Under the pieces are notes generated by a model that did no database searches, was not told where the DNA came from, and saw only the letters and a program-made list of their open reading frames with translations. From positions 445,907-509,906 of the forward strand of contig JABHDY010000003.1 of NCBI GenBank assembly GCA_018676855.1: a stretch of 64,000 bases of DNA. The letters are read 5' to 3'. The translations under genes were made by a program, and so were the position numbers. Below are positions 8,909-18,417 of this stretch, in pieces. Source of the stretch: Candidatus Woesearchaeota archaeon. Lineage in GTDB: Archaea > Nanobdellota > Nanobdellia > Woesearchaeales > GW2011-AR9. How positions within the stretch are numbered: position 1 is the stretch's first letter; each line of letters opens with the position of its first letter.

Positions 8909-11900
8909 CTTGTTCTTCAATACGTAACTTAGACGTTAACTGTGGCCAGAAGAAATCTAATACTCCCGTTCCGGACTGTTCAACAATAGCTTCAAATCGT
9001 TGCGTACCAGTACTATCTTTTTCACAGGCCCACTTTTCTGGTAATATTGGCGGTGAAACAGCTTCTAAAGGAATGTTCCATCTTACAGGAGTATCTTCTT
9101 CAACATAATCGCATAACGGTGACGTAAACCCGTCAAATTCTGCAACAAGACGTTGTTTTTTCCGTTGATTGTCTGTAGGCGATCCCTCTTGTTTTTCTAA
9201 ATTACGTATTTCACGAATTGCTTTCACTTCAAACGCATCGTTCTTTAACACATACAAATGGTTAAAGTTCTTAGCTTCGTCAATAAATCCATCTAAACTT
9301 TCAAATTCATTATTTGTAAAAAAATCTGTAAAAAAGTTTTTCACGTTGTCCCACGTTGACGGAACAAGGTTAAACTGTTCTTTACCATACACAAGTGCGT
9401 CAAGATCCTTTGAGTACCATATGTCTGCATCCACACCAAGATCGCAACGAGAAAATTCTTCACCGTCAGCACATTCATCAAGTTGTTCAGGTTCAATGCC
9501 TAACGTGGAAAGGAAACTTGCGGTTGCAACTTTAGTTTCATCTTTATCGGTTTTGAAAGAGTTAAGAGATGTAGCAAACACAACTTTATTTTCACCGCCA
9601 TCCTTGTATCGTACAACACAAACGTTGTTCACGCACGTATTTTCTTTTGTGTCAAGTAATGTAGAATCAACTTTTGAAAAACATGTTGGGTCAGTAACTG
9701 GCGAAGATTCTAATAACTCAACGCCTTCATCAGAAGGTATAGTTTCGGTTACACCATCACCACGGAAATATTGTATTGGAGAATTTGGAAGAGTTTCATC
9801 GTACGGTCCACACGCAATCGTATACTCATCTTTTGCATCTACAAAATCTAAAAATTCTGACGCTATACGTTTTGTCCGAGTTGTCCAACTACCATCTTCA
9901 CAGTAATGGTCAAACACATATTCCGTATTGCCAATACATTGTGGAAGATTTCCTTCCGTATAAAACTCTTCAGTTGATTCTCCATAATTATCACCGGTAT
10001 AAACAAAACAACCGTCGTCCTGTGGACAGAAACCCCAATCACTTTCGTACCAATCAGTTTTAACGTCAGCTTCATTCCACGAACCGTCGATACACCTATA
10101 TGTTCTATCATCAAGAACTTCTACCATGTAGGGATCATCATTCATCGGTTCAACACACGCATATCCGTTCCAACAGAAGTTTGTGGGACAACATGCAATG
10201 CCTGATCGGAAATCGTTTGGAAGTAATTCTTCTTTATTTGAAACGTCAACATCATAATAATCTAACGGTTCTCCATCAACTATTTGTAACATTGGTTTTT
10301 CGACAAAATCTCCTTGTGGAACAGCAATATCACCCCTTCCAGCAATACCAACAGTATCATCACTTGAGCTAGTAAATTCGAGAATAATATATGCAGTATC
10401 TTCAGTATTGATCTCAGCACCGCTAGAAGCTTCTTGTGGACCTTCTTCTGACGTTCCATCATTCATTACTAATGTATATGTGGCTTTAACGTTAAGTCCG
10501 TCATATGTAAAATATAATTTATCTCCAGACACAGGAATCTTTTCTGAACGAAGAGTTTCAGTAGATGTAAGAAAAACTTTTCCCATATCCTCTAGATTTA
10601 ATCCAATATCGTCAAGGAATACATTATCTCTTAAAACCATTCTTGAATCGAACATGTCCCAATGATGAATTGTATCTGAATTTTCAGCATTAAAATCTGC
10701 ATTTGGAATAATGTTTCGTGCAGGTATTGATTTTGTAGGGGGTGTTGTGTCCCTTGATAGTTCTTCACCATTTTCATCTAAAGTAACAGTTTCAAAATCT
10801 TCTGGAGGTATTTCTTCTCCTTCTGTTTCTTTTAAAGGTTTAAGCGAAAGGACAACATCTTCAACCGTATTAGGATTATCAACATCAGCGTAACCACCGT
10901 ACGTGATACCTTCTGAGGTCCATTCGTTTACAGTTACAAATCCTTCTTTTCCTTCCTCTTTATTATACACGCTTGGAGAACAGATAAAACTTTCTTCTCC
11001 ACTTTTCTTAACAGCACAATGTTCAACATTGTCAAAATCTGTACCAAGAGAAGTACTTCCTTCTAAATCAGGTGTTAAACATCCAAAAAATTTATTTTTA
11101 CCTCTCTCATCAGTACCATACAATATTTGTTGAGGAACTTTCTTTGCAATAATGTTTCCCGGATTGTCAAATGTTTGACCTTCTTCATTCGTAATTAATA
11201 CTTCTATTGGTTCACCTTCATCATCACTAGACACAAAGTATAAATCATACAAGTATGGATGTTTATTTGTTATTGTGTATGGAAATGTTCCTGGTAATGG
11301 GTAGGTGCATGTGTCTGATTTGCAGGAGTATTTTATGTTAAAAGGCGTTTCTAAAGAATTTCCAGGAATAAAACTAAATGGATTAAGTTTTTGTGCTTGT
11401 ATTTTAAATGATGAAGCGTAATTGGATAAATCCTGACTTGATATCTCTTTATATAATCCTAAATCAATATCATTACTTATATCAAATAATCTATTTACGT
11501 CCAGATCATTATTCTGTTTTAGTGCAATATATATCCCATTGTCAAAAAAATCTCCATATAATAAATACCCCGAATCACAATAATCATTGCCTAAATGTTG
11601 CTCGCATAATATACATCTTTGAGTAATCTCTGGAAATTTATCTTCAAGATCATGTGTATTTTTGCATGAAAAATCTGTAGGAAAAGTTAATGTTGTTTCA
11701 TCAAGGAATTGTTGTATTTGATCTTTAATACTTATTGTATATATGTCTGGTGAGGAAAACTCTTGAGTAATCTTATATGTTCTTGTTGGTTCATGATAAA
11801 CTGTCTTTATACCAAAAATTTGATTAATATTACTAAAAGTAAGACTATATCTTCTCTTTAATTTTATAATTATATCACTTGTATAAGAATCCGTTTTTAT

Positions 11901-14213
11901 AAAAGAAGGAACCATACTTGTTCCATCAAATTCAACATCCATTATTCTTCCACTAGGTGCTACAATTTCAGAATTCCAACAACCATATTCTCCTTCCTCA
12001 CCAACAAAATTATCATTCTTTCCGTCACCACAACAACCATGATCTTCAGACCATGCATTTCCACCAACAACACTTTGAAAATCAGTAATGTCATCAATAC
12101 CAGAATCATAAAAAGCATTACAAATATAATCTGCTTCAGAATCATCAGAGGGTATCCATACAGAGGGATTATCATTACTTTTACCTGAACAAAAAAGTGT
12201 TGGTTCGGAATTTGTTAAATATACATTTTGTATTTCAATTGTATTTTTAATAATGTCATTATTTGAGGATGGAGATATTACAATCTTATCAACTCGCGTT
12301 AGATCATTAATGGGAATAGAAACGTGTATCCACTTACGTTGAAGATTCTCTTCATTTATTTCGCTTTCCAATAGAGGACTATTTGATGATGACCATAAAA
12401 CATTTCTTTTTAGAAGAGGAAGGTACTCTGAGTTGGACAAAGTAGTATCTTTAGCTAAAAATTCAACAGTAACATCTGCAGGAAGAGTTAATTCTTCATC
12501 AATAAAACGTACCATAAATTCTAAGTTTGTATATCCAGTAAAATCAAAAGTGTAATCTTCCCCATAATATTGTGTATATTGTTCATTTTGTTCGTTTGAA
12601 GAATCAATAATCCAATATTTATCGATAAGACTAGGATTTGGAAAGGAGTATAACGCTTCACCATACATTCTTCCTTTAATTGTATCTTTATTTACTCCAG
12701 GAACAGTACTACTCTCGGAAGCAGCATCTGATGGAACACATTCTGTCCAAGACCAATGTTTTCCCTCTTGATAACAATAAAAACGATTGCTCTTTTGAAA
12801 ATATTCTGGATTTCCTTCAGCTTTTTCTAAAGGGCCGGGAGTGGAACATTTTTTCCATTTTTTTCCATTAGAAACTATATCATAAGGAAACTGTTCTTTA
12901 TGTATAGTCATAATTGAATGTGATATTGTTTGGGCATCAATCCAACACCAATCGGTTTCACAACCTGTTTGGGCATCAATCCAACACCGATCGGTTTCAC
13001 AACCAAAAAAAGGGTTATTGTTCCCTTCTGATTCTTTATTGTATCCCACAAACCATTCTTCATCCTCTACTTTATCTTTCCTTAAACAAACAAATTGTCT
13101 GTCTTCACTATAAGTTTCAAAATCTTCAAAACCATTATTACCACAACACCCATTTCCTATAATATTTTCATCGTAGTCAAAAGAAGTTCCATCGTCTAAA
13201 CCTATATTACATACATCTTCGTTCTGATCTGCATAATCCGAATCAATTCCACAGCCTAAAACTTTTTTTACGTTTGTTTCACAGATTTCGTCACCAGCAC
13301 AACCTAAAAGTGTATCATAACCAATAACATTATCATCTATACTATTAGAACACATATCGTGCCACTTCCAAACTCCATCATTGTCTTTATCAGCATTATC
13401 AATTGATGAATCTGCATAAATAAAATGAGAATCATAACCTTCACCATTATCATTATTATTTTCTGAAATAAAAATAAGTTTAGGATATACTTCTAAAGAT
13501 TGATCATTACCTATATCATTATCAAGAACCATTACAATAACATTCCATCCCTGTGAAAAATAAAATGGATTTTCTGTTTTCCCACTATTTGAATCATAAT
13601 TTTTTTTCCTTCCAATAGAAACTTCTTTACAAGATGATAAATCATTGTTACATGTTGCATGAATAAATGACAAATCGTCATCACTATCTAAAACATTAAA
13701 ATTCTTAATATAAATATCTTCACCTTCGTCAGGTAAAACGTATGTCCAAATAATAAATGCTTGAAGAGTATCCCCGTTAAAAAGGTCTTCTATTCCGCTA
13801 CCTGTATGATATCTAGAACTAAATGGAGGATAAAAATCGTTAAAAAAATATTTTCTCTGATTTCCACTAATAAAATTATCGTAATTATTTAATATTTTAT
13901 AAAACTGTATTTCGTTTCCATATTTTGAATTTACTTCGCTTTGAAATTCATCATTTTTTAGTTTATAAAATGATTCCCACTCTAAAATAAAAGGGTCATC
14001 GTCTTCAACATTAAAAACATAACGGTCATCGTCATCGTTTGGAAAGTTAGCATGCGTCCAATAAAAATCGTCTTTTAATACACTTCCCGGTATAAAATAA
14101 TTTAAAACAAGTGAATCTCTTGTATCTTCATCAACACCAATTCCAGCAAAACTTAAGAGGACTACAAATAGAACCATCACTACAACTACTAACAACCCTC
14201 TTTTTTGTACCAT
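8898..14213 (-). CDS. Giant (1771 aa) secreted Cys-rich acidic surface protein
   Basis: MVQKRGLLVVVVMVLFVVLLSFAG signal; repeated GCCG and CCPxxxCWNGxxC motifs; D/E rich. Confidence 0.85.
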   Translation of the reverse strand: MVQKRGLLVVVVMVLFVVLLSFAGIGVDEDTRDSLVLNYFIPGSVLKDDFYWTHANFPNDDDDRYVFNVEDDDPFILEWESFYKLKNDEFQSEVNSKYGNEIQFYKILNNYDNFISGNQRKYFFNDFYPPFSSRYHTGSGIEDLFNGDTLQAFIIWTYVLPDEGEDIYIKNFNVLDSDDDLSFIHATCNNDLSSCKEVSIGRKKNYDSNSGKTENPFYFSQGWNVIVMVLDNDIGNDQSLEVYPKLIFISENNNDNGEGYDSHFIYADSSIDNADKDNDGVWKWHDMCSNSIDDNVIGYDTLLGCAGDEICETNVKKVLGCGIDSDYADQNEDVCNIGLDDGTSFDYDENIIGNGCCGNNGFEDFETYSEDRQFVCLRKDKVEDEEWFVGYNKESEGNNNPFFGCETDRCWIDAQTGCETDWCWIDAQTISHSIMTIHKEQFPYDIVSNGKKWKKCSTPGPLEKAEGNPEYFQKSNRFYCYQEGKHWSWTECVPSDAASESSTVPGVNKDTIKGRMYGEALYSFPNPSLIDKYWIIDSSNEQNEQYTQYYGEDYTFDFTGYTNLEFMVRFIDEELTLPADVTVEFLAKDTTLSNSEYLPLLKRNVLWSSSNSPLLESEINEENLQRKWIHVSIPINDLTRVDKIVISPSSNNDIIKNTIEIQNVYLTNSEPTLFCSGKSNDNPSVWIPSDDSEADYICNAFYDSGIDDITDFQSVVGGNAWSEDHGCCGDGKNDNFVGEEGEYGCWNSEIVAPSGRIMDVEFDGTSMVPSFIKTDSYTSDIIIKLKRRYSLTFSNINQIFGIKTVYHEPTRTYKITQEFSSPDIYTISIKDQIQQFLDETTLTFPTDFSCKNTHDLEDKFPEITQRCILCEQHLGNDYCDSGYLLYGDFFDNGIYIALKQNNDLDVNRLFDISNDIDLGLYKEISSQDLSNYASSFKIQAQKLNPFSFIPGNSLETPFNIKYSCKSDTCTYPLPGTFPYTITNKHPYLYDLYFVSSDDEGEPIEVLITNEEGQTFDNPGNIIAKKVPQQILYGTDERGKNKFFGCLTPDLEGSTSLGTDFDNVEHCAVKKSGEESFICSPSVYNKEEGKEGFVTVNEWTSEGITYGGYADVDNPNTVEDVVLSLKPLKETEGEEIPPEDFETVTLDENGEELSRDTTPPTKSIPARNIIPNADFNAENSDTIHHWDMFDSRMVLRDNVFLDDIGLNLEDMGKVFLTSTETLRSEKIPVSGDKLYFTYDGLNVKATYTLVMNDGTSEEGPQEASSGAEINTEDTAYIILEFTSSSDDTVGIAGRGDIAVPQGDFVEKPMLQIVDGEPLDYYDVDVSNKEELLPNDFRSGIACCPTNFCWNGYACVEPMNDDPYMVEVLDDRTYRCIDGSWNEADVKTDWYESDWGFCPQDDGCFVYTGDNYGESTEEFYTEGNLPQCIGNTEYVFDHYCEDGSWTTRTKRIASEFLDFVDAKDEYTIACGPYDETLPNSPIQYFRGDGVTETIPSDEGVELLESSPVTDPTCFSKVDSTLLDTKENTCVNNVCVVRYKDGGENKVVFATSLNSFKTDKDETKVATASFLSTLGIEPEQLDECADGEEFSRCDLGVDADIWYSKDLDALVYGKEQFNLVPSTWDNVKNFFTDFFTNNEFESLDGFIDEAKNFNHLYVLKNDAFEVKAIREIRNLEKQEGSPTDNQRKKQRLVAEFDGFTSPLCDYVEEDTPVRWNIPLEAVSPPILPEKWACEKDSTGTQRFEAIVEQSGTGVLDFFWPQLTSKLRIEEQDET
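12927..13004. repeat. In-frame 39-bp tandem duplication (2 copies, 1 mismatch)
   Basis: tgtttgggcatcaatccaacacc(a/g)atcggtttcacaacc x2, encoding GCETD(R/W)CWIDAQT twice. Confidence 0.95.
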
Positions 14214-14258
14214 TATACTTATTAAAAAACAATTCTTTATTATTTATAAACTTACCGA

Positions 14259-14798
14259 CTACATATCAAAACAACTTTTGTTCATACCGCCAAGTACTTT
14301 CCAGAAAGAATACAAATCTTTCATAGAACGTAACTCAGATTCAGTAATAGCGAAGGAACCAAACACCATTTTTACTTTATATTTTGTACACAATTTAATA
14401 TTAAACATCATACGTGCTAATAATTTTGATTTTTCTGTAGAATGTAATATATCAGAAAATGAAAATGCAATTATCTTACCTTTTGAAGCAGCAATTTTGC
14501 ACAAAACTTGATCCAACCCGCCACGAACAAAATGAACACTATCTTTAGGATTAATAAATTCCATCCCGTACACAACATTAACAGGTGTTTTCTCTAACGC
14601 GAAACGTAATAATTCTTCTGTTGAAGGTTTAAATATAATGACCTTTCCCTGCGCCTTTTTACTTTTCGTTAACAACTCTTTCTTTGTATCTGCTTTAATC
14701 AACACAATATCTTGATCAAACAATGTTATGGTAAAACCTAACGTTTTACTCAGTTCTTTAACAGATTCATTTTTTTTTAGTAATGTAAGATTTAACAT
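14259..14798 (-). CDS. rnp3: RNase P protein subunit p30 (Rpp30)
   Basis: KDSVHFVRGGLDQVLCKIA...LLARMMFNIKLCTKYKVKMVFGSFA...ELRS pattern of archaeal Rpp30; ATG at 14798 chosen as start. Confidence 0.85.
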   Translation of the reverse strand: MLNLTLLKKNESVKELSKTLGFTITLFDQDIVLIKADTKKELLTKSKKAQGKVIIFKPSTEELLRFALEKTPVNVVYGMEFINPKDSVHFVRGGLDQVLCKIAASKGKIIAFSFSDILHSTEKSKLLARMMFNIKLCTKYKVKMVFGSFAITESELRSMKDLYSFWKVLGGMNKSCFDM

Positions 14799-14912
14799 TA
14801 TACAAAACAAAACTGTGCTGATTTAAATAATTTATTACTTAGTAGGAAATATTTATAAAAAACAAACACAAAAATGGTATAACCTGCCTTATTTGGAGAC
14901 GGGAACGAAATA

Positions 14913-15899
14913 ATGGGATGTACAGAAAGATCAACAAAAATAGAACCTACGAAAGATTCTATAGATTGTAATATATGTAAAAAAAAGTCAGTTATTACCT
15001 TACAACACGGTTCTTTATGCAAAACACATTTTATACGATTTTTTGAAGATAAAGTGTTCAAAACTATTAATAAATATAGGTTAATTGAACGTGATGATAT
15101 TATTTGTGTAGCTGCATCTGGTGGTAAAGATTCTACTGCTGCTTTATATTTAACAAAAAAATATTTTGAAAAGTATAAACTACCAGTACAAAATTTCTTT
15201 GCATTACTTATCAATGAAGGTATTGTGTTACATAGAGACGATTCCCTCCGAAATTTAGAAACGTTTTGTAAAGATGAAGATATTTCGTTAGACATAGTTA
15301 ATGTAAAGGACAATTTTCAAACAACAATTGACGCAGCAGCCCCACGATTAAGAGAATTAGGAAAAAAGCCGTGTACAGTATGTGGAATATGGAGGCGGTA
15401 CATCCTTAACAAGCACGCGCGTGAACGTGGCGCGACAAAACTCATCACTGGTCACAATTTGGATGATGAAGCACAATCAACAATGATGAACGTCTTTAAA
15501 GCAAATACAACGCTTACAGCGAACCTAGGACCAATAAGTGGTGTACAAAGCCACAAACTTTTTGTTCAAAGAATCAAACCATTATTTTTCTGTACAAATG
15601 AAGAAGTTGAAGTGTACACACAATTAAAGGGATGGACATTAGATTATTGTGATTGTATTTATGCTGAGGAGGGATACCGTTCACACGTAAAAAAAATGTT
15701 GAACGAATTTGAAAAAAAATTTCCGGGAACAAAACAAGGAATTATTAAATCGTATTTGGAACTTATTCCGTTAATAAAAGATAATTTGATTAAGGAAAAA
15801 AGGCGCGGTACAATTAAGTTATGTACGGAATGTGGCGAACCTGCAAACCAAAAAGTATGTAATGCGTGTAAAATTCTTACAAGTTTGAAAACTGTATAA
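14913..15899 (+). CDS. ncsA: tRNA 2-thiolation protein, NcsA/TtuA/Ctu1 family
   Basis: N-terminal Zn finger, PP-loop SGGKDS, CxxC (PCTVCG), TGHNLDDEAQ, C-terminal CxxC...CxxC. Confidence 0.88.
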   Translation: MGCTERSTKIEPTKDSIDCNICKKKSVITLQHGSLCKTHFIRFFEDKVFKTINKYRLIERDDIICVAASGGKDSTAALYLTKKYFEKYKLPVQNFFALLINEGIVLHRDDSLRNLETFCKDEDISLDIVNVKDNFQTTIDAAAPRLRELGKKPCTVCGIWRRYILNKHARERGATKLITGHNLDDEAQSTMMNVFKANTTLTANLGPISGVQSHKLFVQRIKPLFFCTNEEVEVYTQLKGWTLDYCDCIYAEEGYRSHVKKMLNEFEKKFPGTKQGIIKSYLELIPLIKDNLIKEKRRGTIKLCTECGEPANQKVCNACKILTSLKTV

Positions 15900-16698
15900 A
15901 CGATTTTGTAATATCTTTTGTATCAAATCCAATTAATGGTCTTAAAATAAGCAATTCTGTTGTATGTTTTTTTAAATTGTCAAACGTTTCGCCAATAACC
16001 ATTGCCAAAATGTTTTTTGTGTGAGCAAACGTATCAATTTCGTGTTGATTTGTAAAAATGTGTAATGTTAATGGTACTGGACAGAACTGTTGTAACAATG
16101 TAATGTCATGTTTTTTTGATGCAACGGGAAAAATTGACATACCACGTTTCATCATTAATAATGCAGCAAGAACGTCTGCATCAGATTCTATTAATGTAAC
16201 AACATTTCCACCTGTTCCTACGGGAAGGCCGCCAAAACATTTGATAACGTCCGTAAAAAGGTACGCTCCACCTTGATTAATTTCTATACGAAGTATTGTA
16301 TCTGGTTTTGTTAAATCAAACGTTGCATTTGTATGCTTTTCAATATACTTTCCAACTTCAATGTTTAGTTTAGGAGAGGGAGTTTTAAAAGTTTTATCTG
16401 ACCGTTTGGTTTCAACACGAAATGTTCCATTAGAAACAAGTTTAACAGCCATTTCTTGTATTTTTGTAGTATCTTTTTCTGTTCGTACAGCTGGAGAATA
16501 CGATACAATGCCAAATATTCGTTTCAATTCTGTATGATCATTAAAGTAAGGGAGGATTGATCGTCCTCGCAATTTTGTTATATCTTTAATCTTACAAATT
16601 TTCTTCACATTATGAACTAACGTCTTTTCAAAGAATGCTTGATTCTTTCCTTTTAAAAATAGTTCTCCATAGCGAAGGATAATATGTGTTAGTTCCAT
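15877..16698 (-). CDS. ThiI-like protein (NFLD + THUMP) with a degenerate PP-loop domain
   Basis: LRYGELFLKGKN...FE N-terminus, THUMP (FRVETKRSDKTF), GGLPVGTGG, LMMKRG and RPLIGFD are present; SGGxDS is replaced by IESDAD; only 273 aa. Confidence 0.8.
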   Translation of the reverse strand: MELTHIILRYGELFLKGKNQAFFEKTLVHNVKKICKIKDITKLRGRSILPYFNDHTELKRIFGIVSYSPAVRTEKDTTKIQEMAVKLVSNGTFRVETKRSDKTFKTPSPKLNIEVGKYIEKHTNATFDLTKPDTILRIEINQGGAYLFTDVIKCFGGLPVGTGGNVVTLIESDADVLAALLMMKRGMSIFPVASKKHDITLLQQFCPVPLTLHIFTNQHEIDTFAHTKNILAMVIGETFDNLKKHTTELLILRPLIGFDTKDITKSFIQFSNL

Positions 16699-16975
16699 AT
16701 ATATACTGAAGAAGTGTGATTTAAAAATGTATTGTGTTATTTTTATGATTTAAAAAATTCTATTTATGTGAATAATACGCCTAAAATAATTCCAGATATT
16801 ATTTGTGGGAGTGTTCTTATGAGTATAGTACCAATTGTGCGTTTAAGTTTTCGTTTCATTTTTAGTAATTATTGTAATGTGACGACGAAACAACATATTT
16901 TTAATATTTAACTTTACCCTGCATATGCAGGAATAATCACAAAGTTTAAATAAAAACATAAACAAAAACCTAAAA

Positions 16976-17629
16976 ATGTGGCTCGCAAAATTCAAAATCA
17001 AACACAAAACGTGTCGTTTAACACCAAATTGTGTCAAGTTTAAAGTAACTGATAATATTTATCTTCTCAATTCATGGGAGGAATGTAATACCTTTAATTA
17101 TACAGAACTTCATTTTTTACAGGGGAAAGAGGAAAATAAAAAAAAGTTCATTAACCAAATTAAGAAAGACAAATCGTTCAAAAAAATTGATGTAGAGGGA
17201 GATCAAATTATTACGTTAAACTCACTTCCAAAAAAAAAGAATGAGTATAAACCGGCATTTAATCCTCAACTTATTTTCGTGAAACCATGGATGGTTCGTT
17301 CTGATGGATTTGAATATTGGGAAGTGTCCTGTTGGAATAAAAAGCCATTGATGGACATAATAACTATACCCGATTTTGATGTAGAAATAAAATCTATGAA
17401 GCGTATAAAAATGGTTGATTTTTTCATACCACAACTTCATCCTAAATTATCTCTAAAACAGAAAGAAGCGATAGAATTAGCTGTGAAGGAGGGATATTAT
17501 AACTTTCCACGAACAATTGATTTAGAAAAATTGGCAGCAATATCAAAAGTGAAAAGGCAAACATATCAGGAGAATCTTAGAAGAGCAGAAAAGAAGCTTG
17601 TTCCTTTCTTAACAGAAAACATCAATTAA
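16976..17629 (+). CDS. Bat-like HTH-10 transcription regulator
   Basis: C-terminal LSLKQKEAIELAVKEGYYNFPRTIDLEKLA...ENLRRAEKKL. Confidence 0.88.
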   Translation: MWLAKFKIKHKTCRLTPNCVKFKVTDNIYLLNSWEECNTFNYTELHFLQGKEENKKKFINQIKKDKSFKKIDVEGDQIITLNSLPKKKNEYKPAFNPQLIFVKPWMVRSDGFEYWEVSCWNKKPLMDIITIPDFDVEIKSMKRIKMVDFFIPQLHPKLSLKQKEAIELAVKEGYYNFPRTIDLEKLAAISKVKRQTYQENLRRAEKKLVPFLTENIN

Positions 17630-17702
17630 CCCATTTATAAAGGGAACATTTAAATACTCCCTTATCGTTTATAAAGGAAATAGGCGTTATGGGGGATAAT
17701 TT

Positions 17703-18305
17703 ATGGCAGCTGCAAATATTAAAAAAGAAACTAAAAATCCTAAAAAAGGAACTAAAGGATGGGGAAGGAAAGAAATTAGAATAGTTAATATCGTTGTTTC
17801 TACGGGACTTGAGAAGGACATTCCATTAGAAAAAATGGCTGCTACTCTGCCAAATACTGAATATAATCCTGAACAGTTTCCTGGGTTAGTATTGCGAATT
17901 AAAGAACCTAAAACGTCTGCACTTATCTTCAGTTCAGGAAAGGTTGTATGTACCGGTGCACGAACACTTGAAGATGTTGACAGAAGCATTCAGAGTATCA
18001 TAAAGAGCCTTAAAAAGCTTAATATTGTTGTTACAATTAAACCAGAGATAACTGTACAAAACATTGTTGCGTCTGGAAGTATAGGAATGGACCTTAATCT
18101 TAACGTATTAGGTATAAAATTGCCAAATACTGAGTATGAACCGGAACAATTTCCTGGGTTAGTACATAAGTTGAAAGGAACAAATGCAACATTCTTATTG
18201 TTTAGTAATGGAAAGATTGTGTGTACGGGAACAAAAACTGAGCAGCAAGTTCATGACGCAACTGATAAGTTGATTGAAAATCTTAAAAAAGTCTTACTAA
18301 AATAA
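17703..18305 (+). CDS. tbp: TATA-box binding protein
   Basis: Two repeats EY(N/E)PEQFPGLV...LxFSxGKxVCTG. Confidence 0.98.
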   Translation: MAAANIKKETKNPKKGTKGWGRKEIRIVNIVVSTGLEKDIPLEKMAATLPNTEYNPEQFPGLVLRIKEPKTSALIFSSGKVVCTGARTLEDVDRSIQSIIKSLKKLNIVVTIKPEITVQNIVASGSIGMDLNLNVLGIKLPNTEYEPEQFPGLVHKLKGTNATFLLFSNGKIVCTGTKTEQQVHDATDKLIENLKKVLLK

Positions 18306-18417
18306 GATTTTTACTTTTTTTTCTTTACTCTTTTTATATACATGAATAAGTACCCAAATCTTTAAATATACATTTATTCTTGAGTTTTTTGGGAGAAAAA
18401 CAAGGTGGTACTGTTAT

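Noticed and set aside
8662-13162. + strand ORFs such as 8662-9108 and 9169-9906
   Set aside because: Ser/Phe-rich antisense shadows of the 1771-aa gene
14798-15313. 171-aa - strand ORF
   Set aside because: Antisense to ncsA; no recognisable motifs
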